Below are positions 33,501 to 44,896 of a stretch of 64,000 bases of DNA, piece after piece; the stretch's first letter is position 1, and each line of letters begins with the position of its first letter. The position numbers and the translations under genes were made by a program. This DNA comes from Amphiscolops sp. MND2022 (lineage: Eukaryota): contig OZ076411.1 in NCBI GenBank assembly GCA_964187785.1, positions 9,982,001 through 10,046,000 on the forward strand. The letters are read 5' to 3'. Under the pieces are notes generated by a model that was given only the letters and a program-made list of their open reading frames with translations, searched no databases and was not told the origin of the DNA.

Positions 33501-35751
33501 GGCCAGCATGCCTAATGCACTCAAAGGTTGCTTTCAAATTTTTTATGAGGTGATCCGCATCATTGGCGGCTATGCCAATGTCGTCGACATATTGGGCGCA
33601 TTGATCAGCTTTGATAACTTTATCGAGATATTCCCTCATGAAACTTGAAAATGCTGATAATGCCCTGCTAAGACCCTGAGCAAGTCGTCTATACGCAAAG
33701 GTGCGGCTTGCAAAGTTGAACGCAAGCATCTCAACGGACCTTTGGTCCGCCATTGGTAGGCAGTGATAAGCCTGTGAGCAATCAAGTTTACAGAATAGCT
33801 TCTTTCCTGCCATATGTTGCGCAGCGTCCGTTAGGGTACTAACCGGATGATTGTTGTTTATGTAGTCATCCGAAATGAGGTTATTAATTTTCCTCAGGTC
33901 GACTAGTAGTCTTAGCTTCCCATTCGGCTTTTTCTGTGCGAATATGGGACTGGCATATTTTGAAAATGGCAGTGTAGTTATTATGCCATATTTGTGTAGG
34001 AGGGCCAGTTCAACAAGTATGTCTTCTTTTAAAATGACTGGAGTTGGAAGACTTTGGCTGTAAGCGGGCGAATCGTCCTTAGGGGTCAATTTGACCGTGA
34101 ATTCGTCATTCATTCCGATGTCAAATCTGTGTCGTGCGAATATGTCATGGTATTCGACTAAAAGCGATTCGATCTTTTTGATTTCATGTTGTTGCAGCAT
34201 GGAGTCTTTCCAGTCGAAATTGCCAAGAAATTTGCGGCGTGACTCATCATCATTCTGTGGATTTAATTGTTCAGCTTCTTGGAGGTTTCGTAATTCTCGA
34301 AGGATTCGTCGTTGGATGGGAGTATGGGAATCTTCGTCCCCTGGGTTTTCTGGCGTAGGGAACCAGTACTGTTCATATTGGTCATTGTTCCGATTGGCCT
34401 TGAGTAGACTACTGACATAATAGATCGCATCCTCTTCGTTTTCATTGAGGAGATGCCATGTGGACACCGGATCAATTGGTTTGACGTGTTTCATCTGTTC
34501 CGGTGTTAGTACGGAAAAGTTTGCTATGTGTAGTCCCCTTTTAAGCTTGTACGGTTGGTCTGTGAAATTGTTGATATGAAGGTTGACATTTCCATTAGTC
34601 AATGTGACTATTGCGGCACAGAATGTGATGTCGCCTTCTTCATGGAGGAGATCACTGGGTTGCAACACCCCTGTGACCGTGTTTTCATTGTAGATTTGGG
34701 ATTTGATTTCTACTAAGGTACGGTCATTGGGTGGTATTGTGATATCGTCTGGATTAAGTATTGGTTCTAGTACGTTGGAGTATTTATGGTCAGCTGTTTT
34801 AAGTTGCATCGAGAAGTATGGGAAATTGAGTATGCCTTGTCGCATGTCCAGTACTGTATGATTCCTCTGGAGGAACTTTAGTCCTATGATAGGGCCAGTC
34901 AGTTTTTCCATTACTATGAATATTTCATGGAATTCAATATCTCCGACTTCGAACTTGAGTTCAACAGTGCTCTTTGGGGTTTCCAATTGTCCATTTGCGA
35001 CCATAATTTGAAATGTCGGGGCAGGTCCCTCTTTGACTATGGATTGGGGCGCCAATAGGCGTATTTTCCTGAGGTCTGCTTCCGGAATTGCGCTGGAGTG
35101 AGCTCCAGTGTCTATGAGGCCGTCTATAGTTAGTTCCCCAAAATCCATCGGGAAATATAGCATCCGTTTTTTGTATTTGAGTCCGAGGTTTGTGGATAAA
35201 GGTATGTACGCTGGTTCTCCCTCTTTAGTTACAAGGACATGTATAAAAGCTGTCTCGTCGAGGAGGCCAGGTGTGGCCTGTGTCTCTTCTGCATGTGGCT
35301 GATCTTTGATTGCATCAAAATTTGGTTGCCACGGTTCGATAAGTGCCCGGGACAGTCTGGTGTCCACAATGTCAGGGTCATCCTCATCGTCTGTTGGCGG
35401 GTAGTCATCATTCCGAAATTGTAAATTGTGTTTATCGTATAAATCATCATCCCAGTACGGGTCTTTGCCATACTCGGGGTCATAGTATTGGGGGTTGTAG
35501 TCTTCGACAGTCTGTAAGGGTCGGAATTGGGTTTCTGAGTCTTTAGTAAGGTTATTACGTCGATATAGGTATGGGTGGTCACTGTGAATAATATATTGAG
35601 TTTGAGTACAGGCTTCCACCATCTGCTGCTGCCAGACAGTCGATGGGGTCCCTGTGATGTCCTTTTGTGATTGCTTGAAGACAATATTAGCTGGGTCTGA
35701 TATGACGTATTGTCGTATCGACATTCGGTCACATATTTGGAGTCGTGGCAA
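30526..35751 (-). CDS. pol: Pol polyprotein of element 2 (PR, dUTPase-like spacer, RT, RNase H, IN)
   Basis: LIDTGA, QYVDD, TDAS, HHCC and DDE motifs in a 1741-codon open frame. Confidence 0.96.
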   Translation of the reverse strand: MPRLQICDRMSIRQYVISDPANIVFKQSQKDITGTPSTVWQQQMVEACTQTQYIIHSDHPYLYRRNNLTKDSETQFRPLQTVEDYNPQYYDPEYGKDPYWDDDLYDKHNLQFRNDDYPPTDDEDDPDIVDTRLSRALIEPWQPNFDAIKDQPHAEETQATPGLLDETAFIHVLVTKEGEPAYIPLSTNLGLKYKKRMLYFPMDFGELTIDGLIDTGAHSSAIPEADLRKIRLLAPQSIVKEGPAPTFQIMVANGQLETPKSTVELKFEVGDIEFHEIFIVMEKLTGPIIGLKFLQRNHTVLDMRQGILNFPYFSMQLKTADHKYSNVLEPILNPDDITIPPNDRTLVEIKSQIYNENTVTGVLQPSDLLHEEGDITFCAAIVTLTNGNVNLHINNFTDQPYKLKRGLHIANFSVLTPEQMKHVKPIDPVSTWHLLNENEEDAIYYVSSLLKANRNNDQYEQYWFPTPENPGDEDSHTPIQRRILRELRNLQEAEQLNPQNDDESRRKFLGNFDWKDSMLQQHEIKKIESLLVEYHDIFARHRFDIGMNDEFTVKLTPKDDSPAYSQSLPTPVILKEDILVELALLHKYGIITTLPFSKYASPIFAQKKPNGKLRLLVDLRKINNLISDDYINNNHPVSTLTDAAQHMAGKKLFCKLDCSQAYHCLPMADQRSVEMLAFNFASRTFAYRRLAQGLSRALSAFSSFMREYLDKVIKADQCAQYVDDIGIAANDADHLIKNLKATFECIRHAGLKLTMHKCHFGATEINFLGRTITPEGVKPQKERITNFLEKTKFPKSKKALQRYLGFLNYYRNYIPRLSEKLAPFFQLLKKDEKVLVTTELIQQFNEINRDLDKCSQLALKQPLPNKQLVLMTDASFTAAGYAILTEDDPNQKYSSVKKSYAPIAYGSKTFTPSQLKMSIYAKEFLAIYYAFKEFGHIFWGASKPITILTDNKSVTRFFQTKIIPPTLWNACDYVIQFNFVIAHIPGKNNTAADYLSRMEMDPREKLVLKIREDIETKPIEVNVQSAGVAEEEQVFFTEQDDETEAQIWERKKQSLTNPIDREGVIQIDAISENIVDEITNFTQKMRRTNQILLEQSKDPILRQLKAKIQNEDYSEELLQQDIRYKHYLNNLDRIVLKDEIVTRQYYDETGQVKYHQVLLPKHLLTELLQALHGTAHKHPGISKMLQEIRQKYYYPGIAKHVKKWVEGCETCARDKRVPNNTITPELLNLPEWDLGPEDAMQIDLLPNLPTSGGYQTVMTAIDVFSRYLFAYPLVEATASNTAKVLIDIMTKHTYLPTTIITDKGTAFTSKIIAEITEILGITLRCATTKHPQTIGKLERTHASLKTNLKMASGEYRRQWHKYLPLAVLNYNTTYHSSIGCEPSKVFHGRIPYNVLDHKLGNNPNKDFLPTTEFAEELQQRTQILIDQTKQNIMQSYLKYKEYYDRKAKAAPLSEQDFCFILQPKADNQGSKIPFREYRWIGPYRIEKVLPNDNYIVRRLNTNKTQILHRIRLKKFVPNTPLEDKYAKEKLQPDDEIIIPQDDLYTISWEADFDYNVFERRRDDKTNEELRTPDSDADVTTSDYVIYDNADDNAVRPGTATSRDSTITRDANDVTELNERTKKNENEAGPSTAASRDAPIMHDEHDVSENAARDEQSSEIERPRTATSRNSHNGGNTPPSSEKNVNDVTNELEGEKNSPNEGDDITVPGISNEKGNEVSSPRAGKYNLRPNPTPNYTDEYRY

Positions 35752-35753
35752 AA

Positions 35754-37457
35754 TTAGTTTTTTGAATCAGTCTTTTTCAAATTGGACTGGTTTGATGTGG
35801 ATGTGGTGGGTTTTTCGTTTTTGGTACGATTGCCTTCGTCCTCTGAGGGCTCCGTGTCTTTTGAGGAGTCCTGTCTATTTCGTTTTGGACGAAGGTGGGC
35901 CCCTGCACCGCGCCAACATTTCTCCGCTGGATGATTGGTTTTGCTGCAGGTGGGACATTCTGGGTAAGTTTGGCGTTGAGGCTTCTTGCCATTCTTGGCC
36001 TCTGATTCTTTCTTCTTTTTCAGTTTTGGGCAATTCTTCCAGAAGTGGTCTTCAGCCTTGCAGTATGAGCATTGGTTATTCTTGTTGGTGTCGATGCCAT
36101 TGGATAGTAGATTTCGTGCTTTTCCTGACGATGAAGCCATTGTAGCTATTGGCAAGTCATCAGATTCTTCTAATGCGTTTAATTCGAGTTCTCTTTCTAA
36201 ATGTGCCACAATCTCCTCGTAGGTTCCGTTTTCCAGTCGGGCCATATTCACCGATCTTTTGAGTTTTGGGGGTAATTTAGCATATAAGAGGCTATCGATC
36301 ATACTCTTGGCGTTCTCCCCGAAGGCTTTCTCAGCACCCTGATTGAGTTCTTCGAGAAAATCGGGTAGTTTCATCGTGTTGGGGTCGAAGATGAGTCTGT
36401 GCCACTTGTGCTTGGCTGTGGCTTTGGACTCTGGTTTAACGTACTTGCGGCGAAAAATGACAAGTACGTCTTCCAATGTTTGACGGTTTATAGAGTTTAT
36501 ATTTCGGAAAGTTTGCAGTGCTCCTTTTCTGAGCAGGGAATGAAAATGATTTATTTTCATTTGTTCAGTCATGGCAGGCTGCATCTTTATCATTGTATGA
36601 AATAAATCTTCAAACAATTCAAATTTCTCTGTTTTGCCGTCAAAGGTCATGGGGTTCGTCGTGACTGGTCTAATTGTCATAGAGTGTGGTTTATTTTGGA
36701 GGTTTACCAGGACATCTGCCAATCGGTTGATAGGGTCTTGTGGCTGTTCTGTCGGAGCAGGCTCTGCTATTGGCAGAGTTGTATCCAGAGTTGTATCATG
36801 AGTAGATTCTTGTCTTTGGAGGTCTGGCTGAGAGTGAATTTGTCCTGTGAGGAATTCAGGAATCGGCTGTTGGAGTTCGGTAGCTCCTGTCACCATGTAA
36901 GGACTAACATCCGAATGTACTCTCAGGTCACAAGCGGACCTTGAGTCCTTCTTTGTCAATCTTGTATTTGTGCTCTCCCATGCGCTTCTGACTCCATCCT
37001 CATTTAAGGACATACCCGGCTCAACACCATGTTGACCCAAAGGCAAATTTTCTACCATATTCTGTATTTCCGGAATAATTCTCTCACTTATAGCAGAACT
37101 AATGGCCCTTGTAATCTGTGTTTGCATTAAGTCCATCATGGTCTCCATCTCGCGCGACATTCTAGCGTTTATTTCCCCAGATAGTGTATTGATAGACTCT
37201 ATCAGTCTGCTTTCCCTAACTGGTTCATTTCTACTATCGATGTCTCTAATCTCATTTTCTTGCGATGAATTTTCTCTGTTCGGAAAAGACCTATAGTCAC
37301 GTCGTCCGTCTGGGACATTTATGAGAGCGTCCAAATCTCTTTCTATGGAATTTGAATTTCCATCACCTAACATTACGTCCATATTGCCGTAATCGGACAA
37401 CATATCTAATTCCCTCGACTTTCTGGCCTTAGCCTTTTGTCTTCTTGTGGAAGGCAT
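35754..37457 (-). CDS. gag: Gag of element 2 (ATG inside the 5' LTR)
   Basis: CSYCKAEDHFWKNC and CPTCSKTNHPAEKC knuckles. Capsid-like block homologous to element 1. Confidence 0.93.
   Translation of the reverse strand: MPSTRRQKAKARKSRELDMLSDYGNMDVMLGDGNSNSIERDLDALINVPDGRRDYRSFPNRENSSQENEIRDIDSRNEPVRESRLIESINTLSGEINARMSREMETMMDLMQTQITRAISSAISERIIPEIQNMVENLPLGQHGVEPGMSLNEDGVRSAWESTNTRLTKKDSRSACDLRVHSDVSPYMVTGATELQQPIPEFLTGQIHSQPDLQRQESTHDTTLDTTLPIAEPAPTEQPQDPINRLADVLVNLQNKPHSMTIRPVTTNPMTFDGKTEKFELFEDLFHTMIKMQPAMTEQMKINHFHSLLRKGALQTFRNINSINRQTLEDVLVIFRRKYVKPESKATAKHKWHRLIFDPNTMKLPDFLEELNQGAEKAFGENAKSMIDSLLYAKLPPKLKRSVNMARLENGTYEEIVAHLERELELNALEESDDLPIATMASSSGKARNLLSNGIDTNKNNQCSYCKAEDHFWKNCPKLKKKKESEAKNGKKPQRQTYPECPTCSKTNHPAEKCWRGAGAHLRPKRNRQDSSKDTEPSEDEGNRTKNEKPTTSTSNQSNLKKTDSKN
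35757..35763 (-). promoter_or_regulatory. -1 frameshift heptamer A AAA AAC, element 2
   Basis: TCA AAA AAC TAA ends gag and pol is in the -1 frame. Confidence 0.8.
36883..36895 (-). promoter_or_regulatory. Primer binding site TGGTGACAGGAGC, element 2
   Basis: Abuts the 5' LTR end and is identical to the element 1 PBS. Confidence 0.85.
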
Positions 37458-38617
37458 AAAATATTTCTACAGGAGGAAATATTTGAATTGTTCCTGTAAT
37501 CGGGTAGAAAGAAAGCTTTACAAGGCAACTTGTATAAATGCAAAGTTTGTGATTCAACTGTATCAAGTTTAGCAAAATTGTCCCTTGCGAAAGTTCGACC
37601 TGGGTATATATACCTAAGTGGGCATGATTCGCAATTTCATGGAGGTCATGTTACTAAAAATAACTTACAAGTTATAAATAGAACACGTCACTGCTAAAAA
37701 TAGAATCATTGCGTCACTACGGACAGGTAGGGGCGGGTAGATCAAAGTGCCTTAGTAGGCCGAGTGACGCATGGAGTATAGCACTTACATGTAACGTAAT
37801 ATACATAAACACTTTTACATGTGAGAAGCATTCATGTAAGACACATATGGCGGGTAGCTGTAAGGGACTTATAGTTCCTTTCAAACATCGTAAAACAACA
37901 TCACCTTTGGACAGGTACATGAAGGCCCGGTACGGCCAATGGCCGTCCGGATTTTCTAATTAAGTCTCATCAACATATAGGAAAGCAACACTGCATGTTA
38001 ACACTACATGTGTTTGGTCATTACATGGGATGGGTTGTTCACGTCCTTCAATTGCTAATTGACTAAGACGTTAATTTCATGTGATAAGTAATACAGCACT
38101 TGAATACTCGTCGTGTCGACCGGCCGAGTTGGGCCTTCTTTATTGTACAGCACCAAGACAATTAGTACAAAAGATAGGGACGGCTATGTTGCATAGCCGC
38201 TTTCGTCCTATTTGCCATTGTTGAATACTATTCAACCACAACATCAAAGCATAATTAGGCCGGCGAAGTCAGTTGGCCGTATTGGTCCATTCTAAATAGC
38301 TATTAGCACAGTTACATAATAAGTAAAGGAATGGTCGTTATAAACTGCGCTGTGATTGGCCAATTAGCCGTTGACGGCCTAGCTAGCCATACTGGACAGG
38401 CAAACATTTGAACACGTTTCCTCTTTGCCTGTCAGTATAACTTGCTGTCAAATGTATTTTACATGAAGAATATTAATACAATACATCAATCAACATATTC
38501 AAAATAATACTAAATGTTTGAAAGTCTTATTTTATAATGGGAGTGTCCCAGGCAGAGCAATTGGCCTTGTGTGGTCGATTGTATAGACGTTCCCATCGCA
38601 GGCGGCAGCCTGCGACA
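36896..38617 (-). repeat. 5' LTR of element 2
   Basis: Direct repeat of 22659-24380. TATATATA at 37605-37612 upstream of the gag ATG. Confidence 0.95.
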
Positions 38618-39913
38618 AAACCCTTTAGCAACATCCCAGGATTTTTCCTTCATTTCCCATTAAAGCATCATTGCTGTCGGAATTTACATCTTATGAATAC
38701 GCAGCAACTCTTAAGAAATTGCAAAGCGTACTTTGCTATTCCAAACGTCCTTTTAAAAATTGCAATTCGTTTAACAAGTCCACCTTAGCGATGATTCTGC
38801 AAAATTCAATAATTTAAAAAACTCAGTGTTATCAATTTGATATAACAGATTAATCCACAGGCTTCGTTAACACATTCGTGGCAATTTCTCGCGAATTGTT
38901 TTTCAGTTTTTTCCCGAAAAGTCAAAAACCTGCAAAAAAAGTATTCATTGAACATTCAAAAAAGTATTTTTAAGTGGAGCGTATGTGGTCAAGAAATTCT
39001 ATGTGATAACCAATCAATTCGAGCATTATTCTGCAAATAGAAACGTTCGAAAAGAATTTAACTCCATAGGTTTGAGAAAGATAGGAACGTTTTTCGAGCC
39101 ATCGATTTCCTTGACGCGTGAATGGTATGACAAAAATGCCTCATTGATTTGGAAAACGAACATCATTGTGCGTGGCAGAGAAACCTTTCAAATCCGTTCG
39201 AATCCGTTCAAGCTGACAAAGGCCAATCAATTGGTCCTAAATTTATGTTGGCATCCTTCTAACTGTTCACGCTAGTAGGTATGTACTTTAATTTTAATGA
39301 TTTTTGAGGCCACAGCTTGCAAATTTTGTAGCATTCGTGACGATTCACTGCTTTGTATTTTTAGAACTATTCAACGAATTGTCAGTTCGATTTATGAAAA
39401 TTGAATGAAAAATTAAGTTTTGAAACTCGTTTCAGTTGAAAAATCAGCTGACGTTGAACATGGCAAGATTGAATATTCTCGCTGTGAAATCAATTTTTCT
39501 TCGAAATTCCATGATAAGCAAACGATTTAGATGTCGTTATGATCAATGAAAAGGCTTCTATTTTAAGTCAGCGTTAAATGAAACATAGCTCGACAACGTA
39601 ATTAGCTTTTCTTCTGTTTTTTTTTTTTCAATTGCTCGAAGTTACAAAAATAGCTCTACTGATTTGTACTTCTCGAAAAACGCGAAAGTATAAGCAAAGT
39701 ATTCGAGTATTTAGAAAGTGCTGTTACTTGACAGAACACCTTGTTTTCGGTTGCGCACCGCTTTGTGAACCTTTTCCAAACAACGAAATTTCCAACACAA
39801 GATCTTTGGTGATATTATATTAACCATTACCTGGTTTAAATTGAGGTAAGATTGCATTTTCGAAAGCTACAAGTTCCTATATTTCAACGAAATTTCAACT
39901 CGTTCTGGACGCG

Positions 39914-41804
39914 TTTTGGTCGGCGCCTTATCCCTTAAGGAAAAAAGTCCGACCATTACATTTTAGCAAAAGTACTTAGTACCCTTGTTGAAACTTCTTG
40001 AACTTTTTGCATGTACTTTAATGTTGCCAGCAACTTTTATAATGATTTTCTAAAACTCTTACGGAAACTTTAATGAGAAAACATTTACCTGTTGTATTCG
40101 ACTTTTATCAAGCTGCTTGAAAGATTCATCAAAGTTTTGGCGGCAATTTTACGCCTTGAAGTTTTGCAGGTTTCATTAAGAAGCAGTTCTAATTTTAAAA
40201 GCAAATAAATTGCTCTCAGTTTGACAGCCATTTTAATGCAAAATTACTTCAGTCACCTAATAAACTGCAATATACCGTCATGTTTAGCGTCCTATTTGAG
40301 ACGCGGTGATCACATCAGATGAGTAGTTGAGAAAGCAAATTGTAAATACAATAAAGTCGTGTCGGTGATGATGTTATATCTATTTTCAAACTTAATTGCA
40401 GTAGTGGAAAATGCAGTGTAATTCTACAAGATTTACCACCTGAATTACCCTGAATTTTCTAGGTTTTATAAACAATTACCCTGCATGCAGGCCTGCAGCA
40501 TGTAAAAAGTTCCTGCAGTCTCAACTAGGGTACTTACTCTGAAAGCATTCAAAGCCTCTAACATTAAATACAAAACCATTCCGAAGCAAAAAGGTCCCCT
40601 TTCCAATTTTTTTTGGCGCTATGAGACTTTTCCGCCTTCTTTTTCGGCTTTGTGAGACTTTTTTTGAAAGTTTTCAATGTCTCCAAAGGACCCCCTTCAT
40701 TTTTTTGGTTTTTTGCGACAGAATGGATTTTTAAAATACCCAAAGGGTCACTCTTTTACGTTTTGCGGCACTATTAGACTGTTCAAAATTGTCGTTTTTT
40801 GTCTAATATCAAATTTCACATAATATATCCACCAGCTATTTTGACGTAATTTCTAAAGGAAGGCGCTATATCCGAAATACAATGGGTTTTACTAAGGAGG
40901 AGGCAGAGGTTCAAAAACAAGCGCTCCCATTTGCCCCTACACGCTATATTGGAAATTTTGACGTTTCATCCAAAGTAATGTGCGTTTTACGAATGTGGCA
41001 GATTTCGTCCCAGACAGATTGCGTCCCACGTCAAATTTTGACAGATTTCGTCCCAAACAGATTTCGTCCCCATTTTAAACAGATTTCGTCCCATTTTTGA
41101 CAGATTTCGTCCCACACAGACTTCGTCCTATTTTAGACAGATTTCGTCCCATTTTTGACAGATTTCGTCCCATTTTTGACAGATTTTGTCCCGGATTACT
41201 AATAGTATGGGAAATTATTCTATGCTATACACAAAATTAAGCGCGAATCGGTATAATCTATTCGGTAATTCTTCACTCGGTGCTGTTACAGCCAATATGT
41301 ATGGAACTTGATTTTTTTGAAGAGGTTAGCATATTTATTGTATGGCTCGGTCGCTTCGCTCCCTTCGCCAAGTAGCAACATTGAGGCATGGCCATATAGC
41401 ACGTCGCTTCGCTCCTGTATTTAGGGCACTAGGGGTATGTGAACATAGCTGACTACGTTATAATAATTGTTTGGGACGAAATCTGTCAAAAATGGGACGA
41501 AATCTGTTTTAATGTTAAAAAACGGGACGAAATCTGTTTGGGACGAAATCTGTTTGGAACGAAATCTGTCACTCCCGCGTTTTACTGTGGAGGAGCCGTA
41601 GGATCGAAAAAAAGTGATCGCTTTTGTCTCAGCACTCTATATTCGAACTTCTGAAGCGTTTTCCGAGCACAAAATGAAAGGCATCCTATGGGTGTTTCTA
41701 CACTTTTTTCTGACTTTTCATAAAAACGCCATGGGCATATTTTATAACCTTTGCGCTTGTTGAGTCTTAGGTATAGCGCCGACTTAAGACGTTCCCGTCT
41801 TGTT
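39914..41804 (-). mobile_element. Long or degenerate copy of the DINE/HINE-like repeat, interrupted by a foldback element
   Basis: GGTCGGCGC subterminal motif near 39918, AAAGG..CCCCTT subrepeats at 40590-40750, and terminal GCGCCGACTTAAGACGTTCCCGTCTTGTT at 41776-41804. Confidence 0.4.
40996..41572. repeat. Foldback/MITE-like element with arms of about 21-bp GACAGATTTCGTCCCA tandem units
   Basis: Array at 40996-41192 and the inverted TGGGACGAAATCTGT array at 41470-41572. Confidence 0.7.
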
Positions 41805-42705
41805 TGCCATTAAAATGAAAGAAACCTTCACTTTTCTGCTACGGTCTTTTATAGTTTGCGCCTGAAGCCAGGCACTAAACCTAAACTTTTTCCAGCTTGT
41901 CGAGTAGAAACTCAAGCTATGGAATTTAATTGATTCACGAGTGAGAAAGAAATTCTCCTTCACATAGATGAAATTTCAACGGCAAGTAATTTTTTCAAGA
42001 GATCTTGTTGACATTTTGCATCCCTCTATCCTTTATATTGTTGTGAAAGTCAAATTTAATAACGTTTCAAGAATAAACAGTTTTCATCGTGGAAGGAAAA
42101 TGAAGAAAAGTTGTGTTCGTATAATTTTTATTCCCATCTTGCCAGCTTGCCGTTGCGAACAGCGGAGAAGCCTCAACTTACAGAGATTTCTGACCCCGGA
42201 TTGAAGACACAATTTACCTATTGTCCTAATTATCCAGAAAATGTTTCGTAGGGGGACTCGATTCTCATGGTTGTCTTCCAATCGACTCTAGTCTTACTGC
42301 CGACAGTGACTCACACACTTTGCTTTCCGCAGAACCACAGTCCGGATAACCTTTAAAAACGAATAATCATTTTAGTGCGTTTGTCATGAATAAATTATGT
42401 AAACGTTGCTTAGCTCGGGAGCTACTGTTGCAGTTTACCATAACTGCTCTGGAATTTGGATATGAATTGACTCCTTTTTCTTAGAATTCCAAGAAAAAGG
42501 TGTCAATTCATACTCAAATTCCAGGGCGGTTAAGGTAAACTCCAACAGTAGCTCCCGAGCTGAGCGACTTTCACATAATTTAATCATGACAAACGCCTTG
42601 GGCGAGTGAGGTCTCAACTCGAAAGCTGGGGCTCCAATCGCCGAAAATGGCAAATGAGCAAATTGACTCAACAGCAGCTAATCACTATAGTGCAGATCAC
42701 TAATC

Positions 42706-42887
42706 ACTCATTCTAGCAGATGTAATTCATACCTAAATCTGAATAGGATTGTTTAGTACTGGATCAAAAACAAAACGCTATTTTATTTCAAGTATACTTG
42801 AAATAAATAAGCGTTTTGTTTTTCATCCAGTATTAAACAATCACATTCATATTAAGGTATGCTAGAATTACATCTGCTAGAATGAGT
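42706..42887. repeat. 182-bp imperfect palindrome (hairpin MITE)
   Basis: ACTCATTCTAGCAGATGTAATTC...GAATTACATCTGCTAGAATGAGT arms, centred on TTCAAGTATACTTGAA. Confidence 0.8.
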
Positions 42888-43023
42888 CATTTTTGTACTT
42901 TATTCACCACTTTTTCGGATGCTTGCGATTTTTGTTTCCTTTCTTCCAATCTCCGAAATGACGGGGCTGTCAAATGAGCAAACAGTCATGCTCGGTGACT
43001 ACATCAACTATCTTCTCCGAAAC

Positions 43024-43509
43024 TTTTTTAGTCGGCGCTTTTCTTGAGAAAAGAGCAGACTATAGTCATGGTTTTTCGTCAGTGTTTTTTTTGATACACC
43101 TGAAGTGACCAAAGTAGTTCTACCAAAAGTTCTACAAAATTTCAAGAAGACGCCAAATTGTACCTGTTGGCCCAAGGAACTGAGCCAAAACGGATTCGCG
43201 CGTAACAGGCAATACCGGACGAGGCCAAAGGGTCCCCCTTTTCAGTTTTTTTTCGGCATTGCGAGACTTTTTTTCGGGAATTTTTTTCTCAAAGGGTCCT
43301 CCCTTGAATTTGTTTGGAGTTTTGCGACAAAATGGATGTTGAAAAATCCCAAAGGGTCCCTCCTTTCAGTTTTTTCGGCATTGTGAGACTTTTTTCAATT
43401 TCTTTTCCATCAAAGGGTCCCCGATTCACCAATATTTTGAGATTTGGAAGTCCCTTTGCTATTTTTGAGCCTTAGATATGGCACCGACTTGGGCAGGTCC
43501 CTGCTTGTT
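43024..43509 (-). mobile_element. DINE/HINE-like short repeat (copy E)
   Basis: Closely matches the reverse complement of copy A, including both termini. Confidence 0.65.
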
Positions 43510-44859
43510 TTTTTTTGTAACGTCCGGCTAGCTGCGCACATCTAGGAAGAGGGAAAATGCCTAGGGTGCTTAAACAGGAGGCCGTTGTCTTACTGCATCC
43601 CTAAACACTAGTTTTTATTCCCAAAATAGTCTCCTAGGGGGACTTTTTTTCGTCAAAGGAGGTTCCTCTAGTTAGAGCTCCGAGGCGACGTGCCGGCACT
43701 TTCAAAGTCCGGACACGCCCCACAAGCCTGTAAAAACGAATCCTAAGGTTTCTAGCGTGTTCCCGCGACTCCTACATACTTCTGAGGTCCAAAAAGGTAT
43801 CTAACTGAATACATTGTATTTGAGGAATAAGGACTAAAATGGAGACCTAATAGGTCAAACATCATCCAAATACTCTGTAAACGGTGACAAAACACGGGGA
43901 TAAGCCCCAATAACATTACAGTTCAGGGTTGGTCATCAGTCTGGCCTCTGGCATCATTCCTCATCTTCGGGGCACAATGGTCTCATTTTTCTGCCGACAC
44001 CCTGTCTTTTTGCTGTCCGATGGCACAATTCCTGATTCTCTCGCCTTCTGGGTGATGACATCTCGAACATTCACGTTCCTGGGTGGGGTGGGGTTTTTGG
44101 CTTTATTTTGCTTCCTCTATGGTTTTCGTACCTGCCGGGTCGGCCATCGTGCTTGTGCTTGTTTGATACCGCACATTTCGAATTTTTGATCGAAATTTTC
44201 AAAAACTTCTGCAACGTCCCTTGCCTGACGTTGCATTTATTCGGCGTTTCCGAAGAAAAAGCACGACACTTATGCGTGAAAGTGTATCGTTACATTGTAT
44301 TGCGAAATCAAAGCGAAAATATCGTGCGGCTGAGACTGGATTGAAACGAATCGTAATTTGGTTTGTAAATTAGGCGTTCTTCTTAAATATGCATAGTTAT
44401 AGAGCCCTGTTTGGTTTCTCAGTCTTGTATTTAACGCAGAAGAAGCAATATTTCGCTTTTCCATTCAATTAGGGTAAATAGCGTTCTGGGAATGGTTTTC
44501 ATCCTGAAACACACTTCACTTACAGAAGCAAAACTTAAAAACTCCTTTTCTTGTTCTCTTTTTTCTTTTTTTTTTCAGACTGAATTGAAAATTACAGCAA
44601 CGTCCTTGGTTTTTGATCGAAGAAGAAGTTTTTAATTAAGGAAATGATGCGTTAAGCCGACAGGCAATTGAAGCGACAATCCATTAGGGCGACAAAAAAT
44701 TATGATTATTCCGAGCCATTGTCGATCAGTATTGAAACCAGTTGCTTTGAATGAACACTTTTCAACCAATCAGATAGTTTCTTGTCGGCTTTTCAGTTCA
44801 ATATTGGGTTGTCGGTTCAATGGTTTGTCGGCCTAAAGCGCGCGCTCCCTAACTAATTG

Positions 44860-44896
44860 CACGTCATGTTTGCTATGACGTCATCAAAGCGGAAGT
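44860..44896 (+). promoter_or_regulatory. Candidate proximal promoter of the GPCR gene (CRE palindrome plus ETS motif)
   Basis: TGACGTCA at 44876-44883, GCGGAAGT at 44889-44896 and a further ACGTCA half-site, about 680 bp upstream of the ATG. Function not shown. Confidence 0.3.

Larger units (their letters stand above)
22659..38617 (-). mobile_element. Complete Ty3/gypsy LTR retrotransposon, element 2 (15,959 bp)
   Basis: 1,722-bp direct LTRs at a constant offset of 14,237. TG..CA ends, 5-bp TSD AAACC (22654-22658 and 38618-38622), PBS, PPT, intact gag and pol. Confidence 0.97.

Noticed and set aside
35229-35753. Stop-codon readthrough extending gag by about 175 codons in frame 0
   Set aside because: In element 1 the same frame closes after 16 codons, whereas the -1 heptamer is conserved in both.
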